Source: Paraspadella gotoi | Taxonomy: Eukaryota; Animalia; Chaetognatha | Length of the DNA stretch: 15,743 bases | NCBI GenBank assembly: GCA_051294375.1 | Contig: JBJCIZ010001397.1 | Span: forward strand, 1-15,743 | Direction of reading: 5' to 3' | Part shown: positions 1-10,685 of the stretch, in pieces | Numbering within the stretch: position 1 is the stretch's first letter | Layout of the letters: each line of letters starts with the position of its first letter | The notes under the pieces: model-generated | Database searches by the model: none | Seen by the model: the letters and a program-made list of their open reading frames with translations, nothing else | What the model was told of the DNA's origin: nothing | Program-made: the position numbers and the translations under genes

Positions 1-383
1 AAGAGAGCAGATACATGGCATGACATGTGGAAATTAGGAGTAGTAATACCCAAATTAAATATAATGAATGTAAATTAAATAGAGAAACTTGGATGGGGGA
101 TAGTAAAGGTGTAAAGAATAATCACAAAGATAAACGATCGTGACTTTTTTGTTCTATTTTTTTTTGTTTTGTTATCTTGTTTTTTTTTGTTTGGTTTTTC
201 TTTCTTCCCATTCTTTTCCTCGCGTTCTCTTCTTCCACTTTTTAAAACCTTTTATCGAATCAATGAAGTTTTTTTCCGAATTTTTTCGTCACTTTTTTAC
301 TAAAACTGCGACCGTACAAAGGAAAATAATTTTACGGAACCCTAAAGTGGTGTCCCAACCAGCGCGTTGCTCTTTCAAACAAA

Positions 384-490
384 CTCTCTCTCTCTCTCTC
401 TCTCATCCTCTTCCCTCTCTCTCATCTCTCTCTCTCTCCTCTCTCTCCTTCTCATCTCCTCTCGCTCCCTCTTCTCTCTATCTCTCTCTC
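384..490. repeat. Imperfect (CT)n microsatellite; mirror of (GA)n at 9355-9446
   Basis: Direct reading. Confidence 0.95.
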
Positions 491-915
491 CTCAGTATTT
501 AGTGAAATTCCAAAATTTATTCAAAACTTTGTATCACGAAGTAAAAAAAAATGAAGCTGTGAAGACCGATCTTGTTACGATTATTGGCTTCTTTTTTAAA
601 TTATTTTCCTTTCAGTCCAACAGCGTCCAAAATTTCCGCGTGAATGGCCCCCATCTTTTTAGTCGAGAACCCGTTTCGAATAGACTGGCCGCTTCTGAAG
701 GGGGTTTTCGTCACAAGGTAGTTTACCCCTAAACGGCCCCGTCACGGATTCCCAGGGTTCGTCGCGGAAAAGACGCGCGGGCAGGACCTCCCTTTGAGAA
801 CCAAGTTAAAAGGATCAAATCTTATTCGTGCCAACTTTTTCCTTCAAATAAATTTCTTGTGCGGAGGATTTTTTCCGGTATAATTTTTTTTTTTTTTTCC
901 GTTGGATTAAAAAAT

Positions 916-917
<2 letters not shown>

Positions 918-963
<46 letters not shown>

Positions 964-1008
964 CAGAGGAGAGAGAGAGAGAAGAGAGAAAGAGAGAGAG
1001 AGAGAAAG
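918..1008. repeat. (GA)n microsatellite; mirror of (CT)n at 8839-8927
   Basis: Direct reading. Confidence 0.95.
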
Positions 1009-1852
1009 ACTCTTTGTTCGTTTCGAATCTTATGAATAATTAATTCGGGGCATCGTACGCCTTTATTTTTTTTTCTTTTAAAAAGGTAACTTTTTTCTGT
1101 TTTAATCCAGCAGGTTTCCTTACGTCACAAGTTGAAACAACCTTAATTCAACATGTCTATTTTGTGAATTGTTTATTGTGATTCTTTGATTATTGCATCT
1201 TTTAATTTCGTTTTAATTTTTGTTTTTTTGTGTTTTTTTTTTCTTTTAGTGGAAAGGTTAGGGCCTAATATTTTCATTTTCCCCAAACCAAATGATAAAC
1301 GCTAATTTTCAACCCAAATAGATAAAAAAAATAAGAAAAACTTATAAGCTTATCCTGTAGATTAAAAATGTCTCCAAGCACCGACTGTACCCTCCCTCGG
1401 GTGAAGAGAATTTAATCGTCGATCACTGTATCCAACATCAAAAAAAGGCCGCCGATTGATGAGGCGAACGTTTCGCTTCAGGTAAAAGTCACTGAAAAAA
1501 AAAAAAGCAAAAAAAAAAAGCAATTGAAAAAAAAATATTCGAAAAATTTGTATCTCCTCCAAACAAATTTACATTTATTTTTCATTGAAAAAGAAAAGAA
1601 TGAAGTATGAAGCGTCAAAAACATAGGAAAAGGGTTTTTTTTTTTCGTTGAGGGTGGTAGAATGGACTAACGTCTCGACAACGGACAGACAATGGATTAA
1701 TAAAAAAAAAAGGAAAATACGGCGACTCGAAAGACAAAAGGACAAAAACTTTTCCGCTTTATACTTTAAAAATCTGGAAAAAAAAACCGTTTTTCTCTCC
1801 GTCATTAAAAAAAATTAGAAGAGAATCAAATCTTGAAGAGATTTCCCCGCGA

Positions 1853-1892
1853 AATGGCAATTTGCCATTAATCGCCATTAATCGCCATTAAT
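1853..1892. repeat. Short palindrome aatggcaa-t-ttgccatt overlapping about 3 copies of a 10-bp unit (gccattaatc); mirrored at ~7968-8006
   Basis: gaaatggcaatttgccattaatcgccattaatcgccattaatt read directly. Confidence 0.8.
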
Positions 1893-3113
1893 TGAAAAGA
1901 AAACAAGGTAGAGAGAGAGAGAGACGGCAAAAAGAGTCAACGTGGAGATTTCCGTGAATAAAGAGAAAAAGAGAGAGATAGAGAGAGAATGCCACTGATT
2001 TTTTTCCTTTTTTTTTTTTTCCGCCTCTTTCTTTACCAGCCGGGGTTCTTTCTTTTTTTTTCTTTTTTTTTCCAAAAACGAGTCTGCGACTCAGCGAGAG
2101 ACCTTCGAGTCTTGTCACCCGTCAAGAGTCGAGAGGGGGGGGAAAGGCAGGAGGGTCGGGCAGACGGGACAGACAGGCGGGCAGGCGGGCAAGGATTCGT
2201 TACGGGATCAAACGGAAAGTTTTTTGGCCACTTTACAAGTTGGGGGCGTAAAGAGGCGAGCAAAGAAGGCAGGAAAGGCGGGCGAGCAGAGGAGACGGGC
2301 AACCGAAGCGGACAGAATTGTAACGGCAGAAAAATGGGCAGAGAATGTGGATGAACGAGGCGGGCAGAGGAGGCCGGACGAACGAAGCGGGCAAGGAACA
2401 TCCGGGCCTTCGACATCCGGGGGCGACGATTGACTCGCGACGTCAAATGGCAATTTAAATCGACGTTTCGAAATGGAGAACGAAATCACGTCCGAAGTCG
2501 TCCAAGATTTTTTTTTTTTTCCTTCTCTTCTTTTTTTTATTTTAATGAAAAGAAAAATGAAGTGTCATCGTCCGAAAACGAGCTCCTTCTTTACTGCTTC
2601 CTTTTTTTTCCTTCAATTCCCGGGTGGTAGGGAAAAAAAGGGAAAAAAGGAAGAGGAATCCGGAATGAGACAACAGAAAAGATCAGGAAATCTCTCTGCT
2701 CTCTCTCTCTCTCTCGTCTCTCTCTTACTCTCTCGTCTCTCTTCTGAAAGTTTCAAGATCTGTCCTTTATTTGGTTAATTTTTTTTTTTTTTTTGTCTTT
2801 TCGATTCGGTGTTTTTTTTTTTTTCAATTTCTATTCGTCAAACGAAAACTCCCGACGGCTTATTTTTTAAAGGGGGACGTTGAATTTTTTGACGCTTGGT
2901 GAAGAAACGAGAAAAATTCGCTTCGAGGTTGATTCCCTTTGAAAAGTTCGAAACGGTTGGAGGAAAAAAAAATAAGAAAATGGGAGAATGTTAAGAATTT
3001 CTAAACATTTTTGTTTATTATTTTTTGTTTTGGTTTTCTAAAGGAAGAAAAAAATGAAAGGAGGAGAAGTACTAAAACCCGAAATTGACTGAGCGGATCT
3101 TATGGAGAGTACG

Positions 3114-3159
3114 GACGACGACGACGACGACGACGGACGAAGAACGACGACGACGACGA
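3114..3159. repeat. Imperfect (GAC)n microsatellite; mirror of (GTC)n at 6701-6767
   Basis: Direct reading. Confidence 0.95.
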
Positions 3160-3315
3160 TAACAACAATCAACGAACGGAGTACTTGGCTCGGATAAGAA
3201 AATGATTTATTTTTTTTCTGAGTCGAAAGCCATGAATAAGATCATTTGATTATTTATATATACTGAATCTCTACTCGCTATTTCACGGATAAAAAAGAAT
3301 AAGAAATAAGAAGGA

Positions 3316-3316
<1 letters not shown>

Positions 3317-3372
<56 letters not shown>

Positions 3373-3408
3373 AGAGAGAGAGAGAGAGGAGAAGAGGAGA
3401 GAGAGAGA
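3317..3408. repeat. (GA)n microsatellite; mirror of (CT)n at 6453-6544
   Basis: Direct reading. Confidence 0.95.
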
Positions 3409-4287
3409 TCCCGATTGTTCTCATTTTCTTAAGTTTCTCCCGGATAGAGAGCGAGAAGTTTTTTTTTCAAAGTGTTTCGAGCCGTCGCTTTTACCTCAAG
3501 ATATAACGAAATGAAAAAGTACAATATTTAGGAAAAAAATTCACAAAGAAGATAGGGAATTAAAAGAAACATTGACAGGGGGCGCAGGTGAACTGACAAA
3601 GACGACATTGACGACGACAAAGACGACGACCTCAAATCAAAGTAATGAAAAACCGGCTTATGACGAAAAAGACATTCATGAGTCACGACTTGAATGTCTG
3701 GAAAGGAAAACCACTGTACGTAACGATCCTGAGAAAAAAAGAAAATAAGAAATAAAAAAGAAAATAAGAAATAAAATGGTAAGAAAAACGGAAGAAAGAA
3801 AAAATAAAAAGACTTGAAGCAAAAAGAGCTATTAAAAAAGCAAAAGGAAAAATTAAAAAAAAAAACTGATCCATTTCGATCTTGAATTCTATCTGAAAAA
3901 AAAAAAAAAATCAAAAATACGGAATACATACGGTAAAATATATTTAATATTTCACTTTTTATTTACTGTAATTTTTAATTATTGTTTAAAAAATTGATAT
4001 ATGTAATGTATTTACAACATCCTACAACTTTGAAAGTTTCCGACGGGTGGTCGACCGACCCAAATCGTTTACGGTCGAAACCGAAGAGCAAATTTTGGAA
4101 ACAACACGAACTCGCCTTTCGAATTCGTCATTAAAGAGGACCCGGGATGGCGGGGCTTTGGCGGGCGGAGCGAAAGGAATTCAAACCAGTTTTGAAATGA
4201 GGAAAAAAAGGGTCATAGACTGAAATAGAAGAAATCGTGGGACAGGAGGGAGATGTAAGCGATTAGGGATTAAATCTTTATCTAGAA

Positions 4288-4312
4288 NNNNNNNNNNNNN
4301 NNNNNNNNNNNN
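4288..4312. other. Assembly gap, 25 N
   Basis: Run of 25 n between tctagaa and agttttaaatg. Confidence 1.
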
Positions 4313-4694
4313 AGTTTTAAATGTTTAAGTCAAGAGTATTGAGGTTTTTTTAAATGTTTTTGTCAATAACGAAAGAATTAGAATCCTCAGGATAAAAACA
4401 AAGAAACATCAGGACTTGTCGCATAAACCAACTCATTTTCCAAATCAATATAAAAGGTTAGAGGGTTTATCAAAAATACGTAAACGTAAAACATAAGAAA
4501 AATGATAATCTTCCAAATTTTAATAATCTTTATAAAATTAAAATTTAACCCGTACAATAAAAAGATTTACTTTTATTGGTCGAAATTATTTTCAAGGCAA
4601 AAAAGGTAAAAAAAAAGAAAGCAGTTGAAATATTATTTACATTTTGAGTTGGGTTTTGAATCGAAATGAGAAAATCGAGCGAGCCAAGTAGTTT

Positions 4695-4772
4695 GAGAGA
4701 GAGAGAGAGAGGAGAGAGAGAGAAGAGAGAGAGAGAAGGAAGAGAGGAGCGAGAGAAGAAGACGAGAGAGAG
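4695..4772. repeat. Degenerate (GA)n microsatellite; mirror of 5136-5216
   Basis: Direct reading; much more interrupted than its mirror. Confidence 0.9.
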
Positions 4773-5135
4773 GAGGATGAGCGTGAACGGAGGAGGGAGT
4801 GATTCGAATGCTAAAAAAATATGATGTATATTGGTCAAGAAAGAAATCTTCGGAGCGAGATTTTTCAAAAGTCTAACTTTAAAAAACTCGAAAAACGAAC
4901 GTTAACCGACTTTTTTCTATCGCCAGGAAATGGGGACGCCCGGGAAAATATTGACTTTTAAAAAAAGATTTTAGTCTATTTTCCCGAGGTCCCCTTTCTG
5001 GCGATTAAAAAAAAGTCGGTAACTTCGTTTTTTCGAGTTTTTAAGTTAGACTTTTGAAAATCTCGCTCCGAAGATTTCTGACCGAATATACATCATATTT
5101 TTTTACATTCGAATACTCCCTCCTCCCGTTCACGC

Positions 5136-5216
<81 letters not shown>
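5136..5216. repeat. (CT)n microsatellite
   Basis: Direct reading. Confidence 0.95.
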
Positions 5217-5219
<3 letters not shown>

Positions 5220-6145
5220 ACTCTTGCTCGCTCGATTTTCTCATTTCGATTCAAAACCAAACTACAAAATGTAAATAATATTTCAACTGCCTTTTTTTTT
5301 TACTTTTTGCCCTTGAAAATAAATTTCGACAATAAAGTAAATCTTTTTATGTACGTGTTAAACTTTTATTTATAAAGATTATTAAATTGGAAGATTATTC
5401 ATTTTTCTTTATGTTACGTTTACGGTATTTTTGATAAACCTCTAACCTTTATATTGATTTGGAAAATGAGTTGGTTTATGGCGACAAGTCCCTGATGTTT
5501 CTTGTTTTTATCCTGAGGATTCTAATTCTTTTCGTTATTGACCACAAAACATTTAAAACCTCAATAACTCTTGGACTTAAACATTTAAACTTTCTAGATA
5601 AAGATTTAATCCCTAATCGCTTACATCTCCCTCCTGTCCCACGATTTCTTCTATTTCAGTCTATGACCCTTTTTTCCTCATTTTCAAAACTGGTTTGAAT
5701 TCCTTTCGCTCCGCCCGCCAAAGCCCGCCATCCCGGGTCCTCTTTAATGACGAATTCGAAAGGCGAGTTCGTGTTGTTTCCAAAATTTGCTCTTCGCGTT
5801 TCGACCGTAAACGATTTGGGTCGGTCGACCACCCGTGGGAAACTTTCAAAGTTGTAGGATGTTGTAAATACATTACATATATCAATTTTTTAAACAATAA
5901 TTAAAAAATTACAGTAAATAAAAAGTGAAATATTAAATATATTTTACCGTATGTATTCCGTATGATTTTTTTTTTTTTTTTCAGATAGAATTCAAGATCG
6001 AAATGGATCAGTTTTTTTTTTAATTTTCCTTTTGCTTTTTTAATAGCTCTTTTGCTTCAAGTCTTTTTATTTTTTTTTCTTCCGTTTTTCTTACCATTTT
6101 ATTTCTTATTTTTTCTTTTTATTTCTTATTTTCTTTTTTTCTCAG

Positions 6146-6243
6146 GATCGTTACGTACAGTGGTTTTCCTTTTCAGACATTCAAGTCGTGACTCATGAAT
6201 GTCTTTTTCGTCATAAGCCGGTTTTTCATTACTTTGATTTGAG
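6146..6243 (+). CDS. Putative exon of an unidentified host gene (mirror copy 3631-3728 on the - strand)
   Basis: Preceded by a polypyrimidine tract and CAG (ttttttctcag, ends 6145). The open, complex frame DRYVQWFSF(S/P)DIQVVTHECLFRHKPVFHYFDL is kept in both arms. The donor (ag|gtcgtc) is weak and I recognise no homology. Confidence 0.25.
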
Positions 6244-6452
6244 GTCGTCGTCTTTGTCGTCGTCAATGTCGTCTTTGTCAGTTCACCTGCGCCCCCTGTC
6301 AATGTTTCTTTTAATTCCCTATCTCTTTGTGAATTTTTTTTAAATATTGTACTTTTTATTTCGTTATATCTTGAGGTAAAAGCGACGGCTCGAAACACTT
6401 TGAAAAAAAAACTTCTCGCTCTCTATCCGGAGAAACTTAAGAAAATCGGACT

Positions 6453-6544
<92 letters not shown>
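6453..6544. repeat. (CT)n microsatellite
   Basis: Direct reading. Confidence 0.95.
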
Positions 6545-6546
<2 letters not shown>

Positions 6547-6700
6547 CCTTTCTTATTTCTTATTCTTTTTTATCCGGTAAATAGCGAAGTGAGATTCAGT
6601 ATATAAATAATCAAATGATCTTATTCATCGCTTCGACTCAGAAAAAAAATAAATCATTTCTTATCCGAGCCAAGTACTCCGTTCGTTGATTGTTTGTTAT

Positions 6701-6743
<43 letters not shown>

Positions 6744-6767
6744 GTCGTCGTCGTCGTCGTCGTCGTC
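6701..6767. repeat. (TCG)n microsatellite
   Basis: Direct reading. Confidence 0.95.
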
Positions 6768-8359
6768 CGTACTCTCGATAGATCCGCCCTCAGTCAATTT
6801 CGGGTTTTAGTACTTCTCCTCCTTTCATTTTTCTTCCTTAGAAAACCAAAACAAAAAATAATAAACAAAAATGTTTAGAATTCTTAACATTCTCCCATTT
6901 TCTTTATTTTTTTTTCCTCCACCGTTCGAACTTTTCAAAGGGGAATCAACCTCGAAGCGAATTTTTCTCGTTTCTTCACCAAGCGTCAAAAAATTCAACG
7001 TCCCCCTTAAAAAATAAGCCGTCGGGAGTTTTCGTTGACGAATAGAAATTGAAAAAAAAAAAAAACGAATCGAAAAAGACAAAAAAAATAAATTAACAAA
7101 TAAAGGACAGATCTTGAAACTTCAAGGAAGAGAGAAAGGAGAGAGAGAGAAGAGGAGAGAGAGAGAGGAGAAGAGAGAGAGAGATAGATTTCCTGATCTT
7201 TTCGTGTCTCATTCCGGATTCCTCTTCCTTTTTTCCCTTTTTTTCCCTACCACCCGGAATTGAAGGGAAAAAAAAGGAAGCAGTAAAGAAGGAGCTCGTT
7301 TTCGGACGATGACACTTCATTTTTCTTTCATTAAAATAAAAAAAAGAAGAGAAGGAAAAAAAAAAATCTTGGACGACTTCGGACGTGATTCGTCTCCATC
7401 GAAACGTCGATTAAATTGCCATTTGACGTCGCGAGTCATCGTCGCCCCCGGATGTTCGAAGGCCCGGATGTTCCTGTGCCCGCTTCGTTCGTCCGCCTCC
7501 TCTGCCCGCCTCGTTCATCCACATTCTCTGCCCATTTTCTGCGTTAACAAGTTCTTGTCCGCTTCGGTTGCCCGTCTCCTCTGCTCGCCCGCCTTCCTGC
7601 CTTCTTTGCTCGCCTCTTTACGCCCCCAACTTGTAAAGTGGTCAAAAACTTCCGTTTGATCCCGTAACGAATCCTTTGCCCGCCTGCCCGCCTGTCTGTC
7701 CCGTCTGCCCGACCCTCCTGCCTTCTCCCCCCCCCTCTCGACTCTTGACGGGTGACAAGACTCGAATCCCTCGCTGAGTCGCAGACTCGTTTTTGGAAAA
7801 AAGAAAAAAAAGAAAGAACCCCGGCTGGTAAAGAAAGAGGCGGGAAAAAAAAAAGGAAAAAAATCAGTGGCATTCTCTCTCTATCTCTCTCTTTTTCTCT
7901 TTATCACGGAAATCTCCACGTTGACTCTTTTGCCGTCTCTCTCTCTCTCTACCTTGTTTTCTTTTCAATTAATGGCGATTAATGGCGATAATGGCAATTG
8001 CCATTTCGGGGAAATCTCTTCAAGATTTGATTCTTCTTCTAATCTTTTTAATGACGGAGAAAAACGGTTTTTTTTTTCAGATTTTTAAAGTAAAGCGGAA
8101 AAGTTTTTGTCCTTTTGTCTTTCGAGTCGCCCGTATTTTCCTTTTTTTTTATTAATCCATTCTCTGTCCGTTGTCGAGACGTTAGTCCATCTACCACCCT
8201 CAACGAAAAAAAAAAAACCTTTTCCTATGTTTTTGACGCTTCATACTTCATTCATTTCTTTTCAATGAAAAATAAATGTAAATTTGTTTGGAGGAGATAC
8301 AAATTTTTCGAATATCTTTTTTTCAATTGCTTTTTTTTTTTTTTGCTTTTTTTTTTCAG

Positions 8360-8480
8360 TGACTTTTACCTTGGAGCGAAACGTTCGCCTCATCAATCGG
8401 CGGCCTTTTTTTGATGTTGGATACAGTGATCGACGATTAATTCTCTTCACCCGAGGGAGGGGTACAGTCGGTGCTTGAGA
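8360..8480 (+). CDS. Putative exon of an unidentified host gene (mirror ~1370-1492 on the - strand)
   Basis: Poly-T plus CAG acceptor ending at 8359, followed by complex sequence reading ...RNVRLINRRPFFDVGYSDRRL.... The 3' boundary is uncertain and I recognise no homology. Confidence 0.2.
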
Positions 8481-8835
8481 CATTTTTTAATCTACAGGAT
8501 AAGCTTATAAGTTTTTGTTATTTTTTTTATCTATTGGGTTGAAAATTAGCGTTTATCATTTGGTTTGGAAAATGAAAATATTAGGCCCTAACCTTTCCAC
8601 TAAAAAAAAAAACACAAAAAAATAAAAATAAAACGAAATTAAAAGATGCAATAATCAAAGAATCAACAATAAACAATCACAAAATAGACATGTTGAATTA
8701 AGGTTGTTTCAACTTGTGACGTAAGGAAACCTGCTGGGATTAAAACAGAAAAAAGTTACTTTTTTTAAAGAAAAAAAAAGAAAGGCGTACGATGCCCTCG
8801 AATTAATTATCATAAGATTCGAAACGAACAAAGAG

Positions 8836-8838
<3 letters not shown>

Positions 8839-8927
<89 letters not shown>
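8839..8927. repeat. (CT)n microsatellite
   Basis: Direct reading. Confidence 0.95.
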
Positions 8928-8929
<2 letters not shown>

Positions 8930-9352
8930 AGTTTTTAATCCAACGGAAAAAAAAAAAAAAAAATTATACCGAAAAAATCCTCCGCACAAGAAATTTATTT
9001 GAAGGAAAAAGTTGGCACGAATAAGATTTTGATCCTTTTAACTTGGTTCTCAAAGGGAGGTCCTGCCCGCGCGGTCTTTTCCGACGACGAACCCTGGGAA
9101 TCCGTGACGGGGGCCGTTTAGGGGTAAACTACCTTGTGACGAAAACCCCCTTCAGAGCGGCCAGTCTATTTCGAAACGGTTCTCGACTAAATAGATGGGG
9201 GCCATTCACGCGGAAATTTTGGACGCTGTTGGACTGAAAGGAAAATAAATTTTAAAAAAGAAGCCAAATAATCGTAACAAGATCGGTCTTCACAGCTTCA
9301 TTTTGACGTGTGATACAAAGTTTGAAAATTTTGAGAATTTCACAAAACTGTA

Positions 9353-9354
<2 letters not shown>

Positions 9355-9443
<89 letters not shown>

Positions 9444-9446
9444 GAG
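9355..9446. repeat. (GA)n microsatellite
   Basis: Direct reading. Confidence 0.95.
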
Positions 9447-10168
9447 TTGCTTTGAAAGAGCAACGCGCGTTGCGGACACCACTTTAGGGCTTCCGTAAAA
9501 TATTTTCCTCTTGTCGTCGCAGTTTTAAAAAAAGTGACAGAAAATTCGGAAAAAAAACTTCAGATTCGATAAAAGGTTTAATAAAAGAGAAGAAGAGAAC
9601 GCGAGAAAAAAATGGAAAGAAAGAAAAACCAAACAAAACAAAAACAAAAACAAAACAAAAAACAAAGAACAAAAAAGTCACGATCGTTTCTTTGGATATT
9701 CTTTACACACCTTTTACTATTCCCCCACTCAAGTTCTCTATTTAATTTAATTCTATTATATTTAATTTGGGTATCACTCTCCTAATATTCCCATGTCATG
9801 CCATGTCACATTGCTAATGCTCCTCTTAGTGTATCTCCACCGCCCTGCTCCAATTTCCTTCCAAATTCATTTGGCCTTCCTATTGACTTCAACCCCGCTT
9901 TTATTTTTTTTTTCCATTTCCTTTTTCAGTCCTTTTAAATCGTGTGTCACTTTTCTCTTTTTTTTTTCCGGTGAATTTATTTTTTGTCACCCTCGGTTAT
10001 CACTTGACTTCTCGTTGTGAATTTGAAATTTCCGTTGCCTCGTCAAACGACTGTTGTGATCTTTCCTCCGCCATTGTCTTCGAAACGACCATTGCCGAGC
10101 GCACGTTTTCCATCGTGCGTAATTTATTGCCACGCCTACTCGCGATGGCACTGCGTTCATAGGATTCT

Positions 10169-10196
10169 TCTCTCTCTCTCTCTCTCTCTCTTCTCT

Positions 10197-10246
<50 letters not shown>

Positions 10247-10250
10247 CTCC
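10169..10250. repeat. (CT)n microsatellite
   Basis: Direct reading. Confidence 0.95.
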
Positions 10251-10596
10251 TTTATCTCTTTCAATTCCGCCGATTTTCAATTTTCTTTTATTTTCAGCAA
10301 TAACCATACAAATATGCCAAACGAGATTTTATGTGTTGACTATTATTGCTTGGACGATCGGTTATTTTCGTCAAATTGAACCATAACGCTTTATAAGAGA
10401 GAGAAAGGGGAAATGAATTGATATTAAAGTTTTGACTTATATTGCTTAACTGTCTCCTCCCCGTTCAAGTCGCTCGTCGATTTATCGTCTCTGGTTGACT
10501 TTAGTATCGGAAGGCAGAGATGCTCTAATCAGTTTTTTTTTGTTTTATTCTTCCATTCTGGGATCTGATTTGTTTCTATATTTCTTGGCTGTTTCT

Positions 10597-10685
10597 TCGT
10601 CGTCGTTCGTCGTCGTCGTCGTCGTCGTCGTCTTCGTCGTCTCTCGTCGTCGTCTTCGTCGTCGTCTTCGTCGTCGTCTTCGTCT
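10597..10685. repeat. Imperfect (TCG)n/(TCT) microsatellite
   Basis: Direct reading. Confidence 0.95.

Larger units (their letters stand above)
1..4963 (+). repeat. Left arm of giant inverted repeat (reverse complement of ~4964-9827)
   Basis: Co-linear reverse-complement matches throughout. Examples: acatggcatgacat (13-26) vs atgtcatgccatgt (9793-9806); 600-830 vs ~9010-9250; 2080-2500 vs ~7370-7790; 3960-4287 vs ~5590-5925; cgggaaaata (4941-4950) vs tattttcccg (4977-4986). Mirror ORFs in the track are near-identical (1989..2354+ vs 7544..7873-; 2473..2778+ vs 7093..7320-). Confidence 0.97.
4964..9827 (-). repeat. Right arm of giant inverted repeat
   Basis: Reverse complement of 1-~4963. 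The match runs to window base 1 (aagagagca vs tgctcctctt, 9818-9827), so the repeat may extend beyond the window. Confidence 0.97.

Noticed and set aside
4263-4268. TTAGGG next to the N-gap (also at ~15699-15704)
   Set aside because: A single hexamer, not a telomeric array.
4941-4986. Palindrome centre as a protelomerase (telRL-type) hairpin telomere of a linear plasmid or phage
   Set aside because: The context is microsatellite-rich eukaryotic DNA with a gypsy element; there are no phage, plasmid or resolvase genes.
1-9827. Palindrome as a Foldback/Galileo-type transposon or MITE
   Set aside because: The arms lack modular internal subrepeats, there is no central loop or transposase, and the outer ends and TSD cannot be defined because the left arm runs to the window edge.
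10080-10140. TTIAERTFSIVRNL in ORF 9944..10162 resembles the hAT dimerisation motif (ERxFS)
   Set aside because: The match is too short, and there are no other transposase motifs or terminal inverted repeats nearby.
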